Below, in pieces: positions 8,616 through 18,323 of a DNA stretch of 55,580 nucleotides. The notes beneath the pieces were generated by a model. It was given only the letters and a program-made list of their open reading frames with translations. It was not told where the DNA came from and searched no databases. Source of the DNA: Deltaproteobacteria bacterium. GTDB taxonomy: Bacteria > SAR324 > XYD2-FULL-50-16. The stretch spans positions 1 to 55,580 of the forward strand of contig JAOUME010000002.1 of NCBI GenBank assembly GCA_029881655.1, in the 5' to 3' direction. The position numbers and the translations under genes are program-made. The stretch's first letter is position 1, and each line of letters starts with the position of its first letter.

Positions 8616-8721
8616 ATAACCATTTCAAAATTAAATAGGGAAATTAATTCCAATAGAAACAAATTCCCTATTTAAAAAGAAAATTGGTTTGATGAAACAC
8701 TTTACCTAATCGGATCATTGG

Positions 8722-11109
8722 ATGAAAAAAATCAGTCTTTGGGCAACTAGACTTCGGCATAATGGCCTGTTTCAGACATCTCTGGGTTTTGTATCCTTTT
8801 TGGTGGTTGCGGCGGCAGTCATGCTGCTTCTGGAATCAACGATCAATGATAGCGGGATTGATAGTTTTTTCCATTCCCTTTGGTTTTCCGTAGTAACGGT
8901 TACGACGGTCGGGTACGGAGATCTTTCACCGGTTTCTGGCGTAGGTAAGATCGCAGCCGTTGTCATTATGTTCATAGGTATTGCCTACTCAGGAGTTTTA
9001 ACGGGTAATATCACCACTTGGCTAGTCGAGAGAAACCGCAAGAAAGAATTGGGACAGGTCCCCTTAAAGGGGCTTGATTCCAAGTTTTTGATCTGTGGAT
9101 GGAAACCGGATATGCACAGCTTGCTGTATGATATTTTGCGGACTCATAACAAGACTTCTGATTATCTAATCCTGGTCAATAAAGCTGACCCAAAAGCCGT
9201 AAATGAGTTAAAACAAGACCCGCATCTAAAAGACCTTCAGTTTTTTAGTGGGGACTACACCAATCCCGAAATCCTCGAAAACGCTTGTGCCAAGAACGCC
9301 GAGAAAGTTCTGATTGTCGCTGATGACAGTTCAAACAGGGGTACAGAAGAAATCGATTTTCAATCCGTCTTATCGGCAATGGCGATTAATCGCATAAATA
9401 AGGATGTTTATACGGTCGTTGAGATTCTTATGCCGAAATTCCAGCTTTATCTTCAGCAGATAAAAGTGGAGGAAGTCGTCCTGAATCGGTTGAGATCCAA
9501 AGCTTTGATGTGTAACGCGGCCTTGATGTCGGGTGTCTATAATATTTGTCACAGTCTGTTTAACCTGGAAAACGGTCTTTTGAAAATCCGTGAAATTAAA
9601 TCTCACTTGGTCGGGAAAAGTTACCGCGAAGTTCAAGGCAGTATTGATGATGTCGTGATTATCGGGGTGATGGAAAACACTGGTAACCTTAAAATCAGAA
9701 AAAAGGAAAAGCTGGATTTGATCCAAAAATCACCTTCAATTAAGGACGCGATTTCAGGGCTTTTCTCGCTAAAAGAAATGAAAAACAATCAACCGATTAT
9801 CCATCCGCCACCCAATTACGTCATTCAGGAAAACAGCTCGCTGATCATTCTGGAAACAAGACCTGAGGTCCTTCATCAGCCGTTTGACTACTCAATGGCC
9901 CAACTCAAGCAAGATAAAATAATATCCACACTGGAAAACGTGATCTTTCATAAGTTTCAGGACTTAATCGATAAGGCGAACAACTGGGATGATTTTATCC
10001 ACCTTTTTCTAAAAGGAAACTTTCATTTTTCAGTAGCTGAGGGTGAAGTTAAAGGTTTTATTTATCAAGAAAAATCCTACAGTTTCGAAGCGCTGGGATT
10101 TAAAGATAATATCATCCATGAAGTCAACCTGCTTTATCAGATCAACACATTAAAGATCGAACAAGAGGTTGCAGCACTTAAAAAAAACCAGATGAAGTTT
10201 AAGACCTTTAAATCTAAATGGATCAAGCAGTTCGATACCGGACAGGAAAGCCAGCTTACTGGTGATGGAATTTTGATGATTTGCGGTTGGAAATCAGAAT
10301 TGCTAAAAATGTTGAAATTTCTGGTCGAGCAGGCTGAAAATAATACGCTTGAGTGGAACAAGATCATCGTCGTCGCTGATATCAATATAGAAGATACCCA
10401 GCGCTTCATTATCGAATTCGAACAAAAAGATAATATCGAACTGGTCAGAGGTGACTATCTTGATTCCCAGGTTCTAAGGGAAGCGGGTATTCACAAGGCA
10501 ACCAAGGTGATGGTACTTGCCGAGACCGATTCGAAAAAAACAATAGAAGAAATAGATGCCCAGACGGTTTTGGCTTCGATGGTGATCAACGATCTCAATA
10601 AACATGCCTATAAGGTAGTCGAAATCATGGATCAGCGATATGAATCAACTCTGGTGCAAGCGAATGTTGAGGAGATCATTTTGGTGGATAAATTTAACAG
10701 GATCATGTTGGTCAACGGTTCCAGCGGCATGGGTATTTCCAATGTCATCCGTGAAATGATCAATTTCGATACACCTCTCTTTGAGGTTTTGGAAATCGAG
10801 GAACGGTTCATCGGTGATAATTTCGGTAAGATGAGTTTCGATTTGAATTGTCCGGGCTTGATGATTTTGGGATTGTTGGAGGAGTCAGGAAACGTCTACG
10901 CCAGAAAACTGGAGAGAATCAAGCAGGCTCAAGTCCAGCCCAAAATCAAGGACTCAGTCATGAACCTGAACAAGGTCAAAGCTGTCGGCGCGAATCATGT
11001 TATTTTCGCCCCGGAAGCTGAATATAAGATCCGACCTCATACCAAGATGATCGTCCTTAATACCAACGATTATTCGCGCTGGAAGGATTATCTAAGCGAC
11101 ATCAGCTAA
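8722..11109 (+). CDS. two-TM potassium channel with two tandem RCK/TrkA-like domains
   Basis: The selectivity filter TVGYGD lies between two TM segments. Two cytoplasmic repeats each open with ICGWK (FLICGWKPD and LMICGWKSE) and contain VLIVADD/VMVLAETD. Confidence 0.8.
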   Translation: MKKISLWATRLRHNGLFQTSLGFVSFLVVAAAVMLLLESTINDSGIDSFFHSLWFSVVTVTTVGYGDLSPVSGVGKIAAVVIMFIGIAYSGVLTGNITTWLVERNRKKELGQVPLKGLDSKFLICGWKPDMHSLLYDILRTHNKTSDYLILVNKADPKAVNELKQDPHLKDLQFFSGDYTNPEILENACAKNAEKVLIVADDSSNRGTEEIDFQSVLSAMAINRINKDVYTVVEILMPKFQLYLQQIKVEEVVLNRLRSKALMCNAALMSGVYNICHSLFNLENGLLKIREIKSHLVGKSYREVQGSIDDVVIIGVMENTGNLKIRKKEKLDLIQKSPSIKDAISGLFSLKEMKNNQPIIHPPPNYVIQENSSLIILETRPEVLHQPFDYSMAQLKQDKIISTLENVIFHKFQDLIDKANNWDDFIHLFLKGNFHFSVAEGEVKGFIYQEKSYSFEALGFKDNIIHEVNLLYQINTLKIEQEVAALKKNQMKFKTFKSKWIKQFDTGQESQLTGDGILMICGWKSELLKMLKFLVEQAENNTLEWNKIIVVADINIEDTQRFIIEFEQKDNIELVRGDYLDSQVLREAGIHKATKVMVLAETDSKKTIEEIDAQTVLASMVINDLNKHAYKVVEIMDQRYESTLVQANVEEIILVDKFNRIMLVNGSSGMGISNVIREMINFDTPLFEVLEIEERFIGDNFGKMSFDLNCPGLMILGLLEESGNVYARKLERIKQAQVQPKIKDSVMNLNKVKAVGANHVIFAPEAEYKIRPHTKMIVLNTNDYSRWKDYLSDIS

Positions 11110-11110
11110 T

Positions 11111-12220
11111 TTAGAAACCCACAGCTTGATAGATCGAACCTGGCTTTGAGATGATCAATCCTTTCATCACCAGCGGCGTGATCAAGGCCAGTACTTTGTG
11201 AATCGGCATATCGAGTTTTGTGGCGATCAAGTCTTGGTTAAGGCTTTCTTTTTCCAATAAAGCCAAAATCGCCTCCTCTTCCTTTGAAATACCCAGCCGG
11301 CTAAAATCAAGCTGTTGGTTTTCCACTGCCTGCGGATTGATTTTTTGGTGTCCCACCAGATCCTGGTAAAGATCCTCGGGTGTCAAGACGAGCTTGGCCG
11401 AGCCATCCTGGAGCAGACGGTTGTTACCCAGGTAACTTGAGATATCCGCATTGCCGGGCATCGCGAAAAGCTTTCTCTCCTGCTCCAAGGTATACTTGGC
11501 CGAAATCAAAGCTCCGCTGCTTTCGGATGCCTCGACCACCATCAACCCCTTCGACATCCCACTGATGACGCGGTTTCTTAAGGGAAAATGACCGGCTGTC
11601 GGATTGGTCAGTGTTGAAAACTCGGAAATGACAGCTCCATTTTCGGAAATGGCCTCAAAGAGCTTTTGGTTTTGTCTGGGATAAACATTTAAAAGACCTC
11701 CCGCGAGCACAGCCACCGTTTTAAGTCCGAACTCAAGAGCCGCCTTATGCGCCTCGGTATCGATGCCCAACGCCAGTCCGCTGACTATCACGATACTAGA
11801 GTCCATTTCGGCAAGTCCCCTAATCAGTTTACGGCAAAAAATTTTCCCGTTATAAGTCGCCTTTCTTGCGCCGACAAAGGCGACCGGAAGTCCCTGATTA
11901 AAATCGAGTTGCCCCTTCACAAAAAGTAGCGGGGGTGGCGCGAAAATGCTTTTAAGTAAGGCCGGATAATCATCCGAACGAATTTCGATCAGGCGGATAC
12001 CGTGTTTCTCAAGCCTTGATTTTTCCTGAAGATGTTTCTCCGAACCCAAGGTCTTCTTGATCCCATAAGCATGTTGAGTGGTGATTCCCTGAATTTGAAC
12101 AAGATCCTGAACCTCGGCCTCAAAAACGTTTTCTATTGAGCTGAATTTATCCAGAAGCCTCATCACCCGACGTGGCCCGAGTCCGGGGATTAAGTTTAAA
12201 GCCAGCCAATGATCGGTCAT
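11111..12220 (-). CDS. dprA: DNA-processing protein DprA
   Basis: The Rossmann-like DprA core SGLALGIDTEAHKAAL is present, with a C-terminal winged-helix-like tail. Length is 369 aa. Confidence 0.85.
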   Translation of the reverse strand: MTDHWLALNLIPGLGPRRVMRLLDKFSSIENVFEAEVQDLVQIQGITTQHAYGIKKTLGSEKHLQEKSRLEKHGIRLIEIRSDDYPALLKSIFAPPPLLFVKGQLDFNQGLPVAFVGARKATYNGKIFCRKLIRGLAEMDSSIVIVSGLALGIDTEAHKAALEFGLKTVAVLAGGLLNVYPRQNQKLFEAISENGAVISEFSTLTNPTAGHFPLRNRVISGMSKGLMVVEASESSGALISAKYTLEQERKLFAMPGNADISSYLGNNRLLQDGSAKLVLTPEDLYQDLVGHQKINPQAVENQQLDFSRLGISKEEEAILALLEKESLNQDLIATKLDMPIHKVLALITPLVMKGLIISKPGSIYQAVGF

Positions 12221-12232
12221 AGACAGAATTTC

Positions 12233-13360
12233 TCAAAAGGAGTTGAGTGACTGTATCTCCTGTTGGGCCTTGATGGCCGAGCGGGAATCCGGGTATCTCG
12301 AGATCAGATACTGGAAATAATACCTGCTTCGGATGGTTTTGTTTTTATTTAAATAGATTTTTCCCAACATTAAGATGGCATCGGGGGTTTTAAAGCCTTT
12401 ATTGGTAGGGCCGTGCTTATAGTCAGTAAGAACTTTTCTAAAGGCTTTTTCTGCCGGTCCATAGTTTCCCTCTGCAAAGTAGGCTTGACCGATCCAAAAC
12501 TGGGAGTTGTCGGCATCCTGGTCGTTGGGATGGCGGTCTAAGAATTCCTGAAAGGCTTTAACGGCGTTTTGATAGTCTTTTTGCGATAAGATTTTAAAGG
12601 CTTTATTATACATGGATTTCGCGCCTGGATCAATGTCCAGCTGAATTGGAGCTATCGGGGGATTGAGATCTGGATCATCCCAGGATTCCTTTGGGTCGAT
12701 TTTGGGGGGAATGACCAGTTTATCGCTTTTGGGTGAGGTATGTTCTCTCTCCTTTCGCTTAGGGCCGATCTTAATGACGCTGCGTGGTTTGGCTTCAGGA
12801 TAAAGGTTGGTTGTCTCAATCGCTTTTGACTGCTCAGGGGTATCGATTTCCTGAACGATACCCTTTTCATCAAGGTTATCTCTTTCCTTTTTTGCGCTAG
12901 AGGCAGTATCGGCTATATTCTTTTTTATCTTGTCTTGAGTGGGCAGGACTTCGGTCTCTTTTTTTTCGTATCGCTTCTCAAAGTCCTGGATGTTTTTTTC
13001 CATCAAGGAAATCGTCTGGTCCACCTTGTATAACTTTTTTTGGTATTGTTCCTGATCCTTTGTTCTTTGAAGCTCAATCTTCTCTAGGCGCTCCTTTAAG
13101 TTGCGGTTTTCATTTTCAAGCCCCTTAATCTTTATTAATTCCGACTGAGAGATAGGATGAATGGTTTTTTTTGGTTGAGGATCGTTATTAGCATTTTTGA
13201 GGGAGCGATTTTCTTCAGGGGACTGTATTGGAGCTTGAGTTGGTGGTTTGCTGGGAAGGCTCTGACTACAGCCGAAAACTCCAAGCGTGATCACCAGCAA
13301 TAAAAACCGGCAGATACCCTTTCTTGAATTGCTCAGATTATCGCCTTGAAATAAAGCCAT
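12233..13360 (-). CDS. YbgF/CpoB-like TPR protein (Tol-Pal associated), lipoprotein-type signal
   Basis: It has a lipobox LGVFGC, a long coiled-coil and charged linker. The C-terminal TPR block (YNKAFKILSQKDYQNAVKAFQEFLDRHPND ... FWIGQAYF) resembles YbgF. Confidence 0.6.
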   Translation of the reverse strand: MALFQGDNLSNSRKGICRFLLLVITLGVFGCSQSLPSKPPTQAPIQSPEENRSLKNANNDPQPKKTIHPISQSELIKIKGLENENRNLKERLEKIELQRTKDQEQYQKKLYKVDQTISLMEKNIQDFEKRYEKKETEVLPTQDKIKKNIADTASSAKKERDNLDEKGIVQEIDTPEQSKAIETTNLYPEAKPRSVIKIGPKRKEREHTSPKSDKLVIPPKIDPKESWDDPDLNPPIAPIQLDIDPGAKSMYNKAFKILSQKDYQNAVKAFQEFLDRHPNDQDADNSQFWIGQAYFAEGNYGPAEKAFRKVLTDYKHGPTNKGFKTPDAILMLGKIYLNKNKTIRSRYYFQYLISRYPDSRSAIKAQQEIQSLNSF

Positions 13361-13361
13361 T

Positions 13362-14132
13362 TTATAATTTATTGGACTGGATTCGTTCTAATTCTTTGGC
13401 AAGATTAGGTTGCTGATTTTTCTTATAGGATTTGATCAGTTTCTCAAGCACTTCCATCCTTAGACTGGAATAGGGGTAGTTTTTCAGAACGTAACGGTAA
13501 CGTGAAATCGCAGCTGTATAGAGGTTGTGCTTAAAGTACCAATTGCCGATAAAAAACTCGTGATTCGCTAATGCTTCGATGGATTTATCGAGGTATTCCT
13601 TGGCATTTTCCAGATAAAGACTGTCTGGATAAAGTAAATAAAATCTCTGGTACTCCATAATGATTTTTTTAAAATGCTCAGGGTCGCGAGCGTAAGAATA
13701 ATCACTGCCGAAGAGGAGACTGGAGTTTCTCTTAAAATTCAATTCGATTAATTTGCTTAACACATAAGGAACCAGATGACTATTGGGGCTGTACTCAAGA
13801 AAGATCCTGTAGTTTGTCTCAGACTCGCTGTATTTACTTTCTCCGGTTTCCATCAGGGCATCGCCCAGTTTTAAAAAAGAAAAAGTCGCATATCTCGTGC
13901 CCGGATTCTCTTGAGTGATTTCTTTTAGTATCGGTTCGGCCAGGGGGTAGTTCCCCTTGTCGATATGTTGGATCGCCAGGTCGTATTTTTGTTCGACTGT
14001 CGTAGGTTCTATAGTACTGCAAGCCGTTACCAGAAAAATCCAACCAAACAGTAATAACCAACTCCCTTCGAGTCGAAACGTTTGGAGCGGCAGGCATAAC
14101 ATCTTCAGAGTCTTCATATAAATTAACCTCAC
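13362..14132 (-). CDS. bamD: outer membrane protein assembly factor BamD
   Basis: It has a lipobox LVTACS and a TPR-like BamD/ComL pattern. Length is about 250 aa. Confidence 0.75.
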   Translation of the reverse strand: MRLIYMKTLKMLCLPLQTFRLEGSWLLLFGWIFLVTACSTIEPTTVEQKYDLAIQHIDKGNYPLAEPILKEITQENPGTRYATFSFLKLGDALMETGESKYSESETNYRIFLEYSPNSHLVPYVLSKLIELNFKRNSSLLFGSDYSYARDPEHFKKIIMEYQRFYLLYPDSLYLENAKEYLDKSIEALANHEFFIGNWYFKHNLYTAAISRYRYVLKNYPYSSLRMEVLEKLIKSYKKNQQPNLAKELERIQSNKL

Positions 14133-14278
14133 GGTTTTAAATGAGCAAACTTGTTTTTTTGATATTTTGATCGACTTTTACAATCAGGTCAAGCGTCTCT
14201 GACTTCCCTTTTTGATTAAGACCTGTTAGAAAGGTTAAAATATAACGAACATCTCATTTTATAAGTTGCTATACCGCG

Positions 14279-15649
14279 ATGTGGTTACCTGAAAATTTTT
14301 TATCTTTTGTAATTCTGACGGCTTTACCCGTCTTTTGTCTTTTTGTCTTAGAAAGAGTGGTTTTCTATAAATTAACTCGCTCAAAAGCTGGAGTGGACTG
14401 GATCCGTTCGAAAAAATGGCTTCATCCCAACTGGATCAGCCGGATGCGCTATCCCATGGGGTTCGTCTGCATCGGGATTTACCATTCTGGCACATTACTT
14501 TATCCTGGTGATCCCTCCAATGTTCTTCACCATCTGGGCATTTACTGGTTTACCTTCTGGATCATCAGCGACATTACAGACGGCACGATTGCGAGGCATT
14601 GCGACCTGCATACCATAGAGGGTGAGAGCATTGATCCTCTCTCGGACAAGCTTTTATTGTTTCCCCCGCTTTTTTATTTTTCTTACTTGGGGCTTATTCC
14701 AATATACTTAACCATTCTCTATTTCATCATTGATTTTATCGGTCAGTTTTCCAGGTATTACCTTAAGAATAAATCTGCCAATCTTTTTGGCAAGGCCAAG
14801 ACTTTTTTGACCGTCAACACAATCATCATTCTGGTACTTCAACAGATATACTTCCCTGAAATTCCGAAATGGGTCGGGACCGCAACCTATATCGGCGCTG
14901 TTTTTTTAGCATTTTGCAGTTTTTTTTTCAAGATCATACCCAATTACTGGTATGCCAATATCTTAAGTATCATGAATCTGGTTTGCGGGATCGGCGGCAT
15001 TGTTCTGGTCCTTTTCTACGAGAGACTGGGTTTGGCCTTCGCATTGGTTTTTCTTGGGCAGTTTTTAGATATGTTCGATGGCAGGGCTGCTGAAAAATGG
15101 GGTAGCACGCCAAGGGGAGAATTGCTGGATGATCTGGCTGACGGGACAAATTTCGGCGGGACGATTTCATTAATCATCTATTCAGCTATCCAAAACAAGA
15201 TGCTGAGCATTGCTCTGGGGGGGGGGTACTTTCTTTGCACCAGCTACAGGTTAATACGATTTATCATCGATAAAAAGAAAGCGGGGATCGCGGGCGGTGT
15301 CCACGTCTTCGTCGGACTGCCTTCACCTGCCGCGGCACTTTTCGCGGGATCGTCGGCCTTGCTGAAAATCGATGATTATTTTAAACTAGTACTAGTACTG
15401 CTATCGGCGATATTGATGGTATCTAAAATACCTTATATTCATTTTGGAAGGGTTATCCTGCCTGCCATACCAAAACTGATCAAAGTTATTTTACTGACCT
15501 TGATCCTTTTGTCTGTTCTGATTGGATTTCAAAGCAGAAACCACCAAATCTTGTATTGGACTTTTTTCGTCTTTTCATTATCATATGTCATCCTGGGCTA
15601 TCCCTGGAAAAACATGAAAAATCAGACACCCGACGGTTCGGGAACTTAA
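14279..15649 (+). CDS. polytopic membrane protein with two CDP-alcohol phosphatidyltransferase motifs in tandem
   Basis: The first motif is DITDGTIARHCDLHTIEGESIDPLSD (D-x2-DG-x2-AR-x8-G-x3-D-x3-D). The second is DMFDGRAAEKWGSTPRGELLDDLAD (PssA-like, AE instead of AR). The 456-aa protein is hydrophobic throughout. Confidence 0.75.
   Translation: MWLPENFLSFVILTALPVFCLFVLERVVFYKLTRSKAGVDWIRSKKWLHPNWISRMRYPMGFVCIGIYHSGTLLYPGDPSNVLHHLGIYWFTFWIISDITDGTIARHCDLHTIEGESIDPLSDKLLLFPPLFYFSYLGLIPIYLTILYFIIDFIGQFSRYYLKNKSANLFGKAKTFLTVNTIIILVLQQIYFPEIPKWVGTATYIGAVFLAFCSFFFKIIPNYWYANILSIMNLVCGIGGIVLVLFYERLGLAFALVFLGQFLDMFDGRAAEKWGSTPRGELLDDLADGTNFGGTISLIIYSAIQNKMLSIALGGGYFLCTSYRLIRFIIDKKKAGIAGGVHVFVGLPSPAAALFAGSSALLKIDDYFKLVLVLLSAILMVSKIPYIHFGRVILPAIPKLIKVILLTLILLSVLIGFQSRNHQILYWTFFVFSLSYVILGYPWKNMKNQTPDGSGT
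15217..15226 (+). repeat. G10 homopolymer inside the CDS (codes Gly-Gly-Gly)
   Basis: I counted ten consecutive G at 15217-15226. The same gene also carries a T9 run near 14921-14929. Confidence 0.9.
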
Positions 15650-15705
15650 AGCAGTGATCAACGATTATATCAAATTTAATTAATTAGACATCATAAGGAG
15701 TATAA

Positions 15706-16350
15706 ATGGATATTTATGTCGATTCGGCCAACCTTGAGGAAATCAAACAAGCTAAAGAGCTTGGTCTCGCGGACGGTGTCACTACCAACCCGACCCTGAT
15801 CGCGAAAGAAAACAAAAGTTTTACCGACATCTTGCATGCGATCTGCAAGGAAATCTCAGGCCCGGTGCATGCTGAGCCTTTGTCTCTGGAATATGACGCT
15901 ATCTTGAAGGAATCCCGCGAACTCAGCAAGATTGCCCCGAACATTGTGATTAAAATACCGATGTTCAAGGAGGGACTCAAAGCGGTTCGCGCCTTAAAAG
16001 AAGAAGGCATCCCGACCAACGTCACCTTGATTTTTTCACCGAGCCAGGCTATTTTGGCGGCCAAGGCTGGCGCTGATTTCGTCTGTCCTTTCTTGGGCAG
16101 GCTGGATGATTATTCCCATGATGGGCTAGCTCTTTTAGAGGCAATCAGAACCATATACAATAACAATCCCGATTTGGAAACCCAAATTATCGCGGCTTCG
16201 ATCAGAACACCAAATCATGTGGTGGAGCTTTCCGCTATGGGGATCGACATTTTGACTATTCCTTCCAAGGTCATTGGCATGATGGAGAAGCATCCTTTGA
16301 CCGATGCTGGAGTCCAGCAGTTTTTAAAGGACGCGGAAAACTTTAAGTAA
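15706..16350 (+). CDS. tal: short-form transaldolase / fructose-6-phosphate aldolase
   Basis: The 214-aa protein has GVTTNPTLI and the Schiff-base lysine region VIKIPM. Confidence 0.85.
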   Translation: MDIYVDSANLEEIKQAKELGLADGVTTNPTLIAKENKSFTDILHAICKEISGPVHAEPLSLEYDAILKESRELSKIAPNIVIKIPMFKEGLKAVRALKEEGIPTNVTLIFSPSQAILAAKAGADFVCPFLGRLDDYSHDGLALLEAIRTIYNNNPDLETQIIAASIRTPNHVVELSAMGIDILTIPSKVIGMMEKHPLTDAGVQQFLKDAENFK

Positions 16351-16364
16351 GCAGGATCATTAAA

Positions 16365-17327
16365 ATGGATATCCTCACAGCAATTAAAGAAGTGGTATCC
16401 CTGGAGATCAAGGCTCTCGAAGATTTACTCAAGACACTGGATGAGTCATTCGTCAAAGCGATCGAACTGATTGTTTTAAATGAGAACAAACTGATTTTAT
16501 CGGGGATGGGCAAGTCTGGTCATATAGCCAGTAAAATCGCGGCGACTTTGACATCGACTGGTACAGGTGCCGTGTTTCTGCATCCATCGGAGGCGTTGCA
16601 CGGGGATTTGGGCATCGTCAACCAGGGAGATATCGTGATCTTGCTTGGAAAATCGGGAGAAAGCGATGAAATCGTGGGGTTGATTCCCAGCTTAAAAAAA
16701 CTCAACTGCAAGATCATCTCGATCACCGCCAATCCTGAATCGACCTTGGCCAAGCATTCAGATATCGTTCTTTATACCCCGATTTTCAAGGAAGCCTGCG
16801 CTTTGAATCTGGCCCCGACCTGCTCGACGACTGCGGCGATGGTCGTGGGAGATGCTCTAGCGGTAACCTTGATGAAGATCAAGAATTTTAAGGCCAATGA
16901 TTTCGCGCTTTACCATCCGGCGGGAAGGCTAGGAAAAAGATTGCTGTATAAGGTGAGTGACCTTATGAAATCAGGGGAGGAAAACCCGATGGTTTATGAG
17001 GATACACCTTTTAACCAGGTTTTGGAAAAAATCAGCAAGGGACGGATGAACTCGGTCAGTGTGGTCGATCAAGAAGGTCTACTCAAGGGGTTGATCACCG
17101 GTTTTGATCTGAGAAAAGCTTTTCAAAGACATGATGATCTTAAAAATTGCTTTGCAAGGGACATCATGTTTCCTGACCCGATCACAACTTCTCCTGAAGT
17201 CTATGCTATTGAGACTTACGAGTTGATGAAAAACAGTCAAAAACCCATCAACCTTCTACCCGTACTTGAAGACGGCAAGGCCGTCGGCATGATCACTCTT
17301 CAAGACCTGATTCGGGCAGGGCTTTAA
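16365..17327 (+). CDS. kdsD: arabinose-5-phosphate isomerase (KpsF/GutQ/KdsD family)
   Basis: It has a SIS domain with GMGKSGHIA followed by tandem CBS domains. Length is 320 aa. Confidence 0.85.
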   Translation: MDILTAIKEVVSLEIKALEDLLKTLDESFVKAIELIVLNENKLILSGMGKSGHIASKIAATLTSTGTGAVFLHPSEALHGDLGIVNQGDIVILLGKSGESDEIVGLIPSLKKLNCKIISITANPESTLAKHSDIVLYTPIFKEACALNLAPTCSTTAAMVVGDALAVTLMKIKNFKANDFALYHPAGRLGKRLLYKVSDLMKSGEENPMVYEDTPFNQVLEKISKGRMNSVSVVDQEGLLKGLITGFDLRKAFQRHDDLKNCFARDIMFPDPITTSPEVYAIETYELMKNSQKPINLLPVLEDGKAVGMITLQDLIRAGL

Positions 17328-17353
17328 TTAAATAAAATTGGAAAACCTTAGAC

Positions 17354-18262
17354 ATGATCTCGCTTCGGTATCTATTCGAATTCGCGGTTTTTAAATTTCT
17401 GCTGGGAACGGTTAATATATTCCCTGAGCTCTGGGTAGCTGGGATGGGGAGATCGTTCGGAAGTTTGTGTTATCAGCTTGGTATTAGAAAAGCGGTGGTT
17501 AAGAAAAACCTCGAAATTGCGTTTAAGGGGAAACTTTCAAATCAGGAAGAAGAAGATCTTATTAAAAAAATCTATCGGAATATCGGCAGCGTACTTTTTG
17601 AGGTTTTGCTTTTAAACTTCATTAATCCTAAGCAGCTTCATCAGTATCTGGAGTTTGAGGGTCGTGAAATATTTCAAAACGCGTTGGCCGAAGGAAAGGG
17701 TGTGGTGATGGCCGGAAGTCATTTTGGGCATTGGGAATTGCTCTCAGCCGGCATCAATACTTTTATCCATCCTTTTTACGGCTATGCCGGCAAACAGAAG
17801 AATTCTCTTTTCGACGATTCACTAAATAAGATACGCCAGCGTTTCGGCATGAATACCATCTCCAAATCGAAAACTGCGACCAAGGAGATGATGCGGGCTT
17901 TAAAAGATAAGCAAATCTTAGGGATTTTGGGGGATCTGAATGTCCCTCACGACAATCTTTTTGTGGATTTTTTCGGGAAAAAGGCCGCGATGGGCACTGG
18001 ATTGGCGATTTTCACGATAAAAAGAGAAGCGCCCCTTATTTTTACTTCCATCGTCAGAACGGGCCCCTTGACCCACAGGGGGATCATCAAGAGGATCGAC
18101 TATGAGCTAACAGGTGATACTGAAAAGGATGTCCAAAATGTCGCCCAGAAGATATCGGATGAAATTGAAAATAATATCCGTCAATATCCCGATCATTATT
18201 TCTGGGTTAATCGTCGATGGAAGACGAGGCCCCCTGAAGAAAAAGATCAGCCCGTATATTAA
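17354..18262 (+). CDS. lipid A biosynthesis late acyltransferase (LpxL/HtrB family)
   Basis: It has an N-terminal membrane anchor and the HX4E acyltransferase motif SHFGHWE. Length is 302 aa, and the gene sits next to kdsD. Confidence 0.75.
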   Translation: MISLRYLFEFAVFKFLLGTVNIFPELWVAGMGRSFGSLCYQLGIRKAVVKKNLEIAFKGKLSNQEEEDLIKKIYRNIGSVLFEVLLLNFINPKQLHQYLEFEGREIFQNALAEGKGVVMAGSHFGHWELLSAGINTFIHPFYGYAGKQKNSLFDDSLNKIRQRFGMNTISKSKTATKEMMRALKDKQILGILGDLNVPHDNLFVDFFGKKAAMGTGLAIFTIKREAPLIFTSIVRTGPLTHRGIIKRIDYELTGDTEKDVQNVAQKISDEIENNIRQYPDHYFWVNRRWKTRPPEEKDQPVY

Positions 18263-18323
18263 AAATCCGTTCCGCTTTAAATGAATTAAATCAGGTAAGA
18301 AATTTCGGTTGGTTAAATGATCA

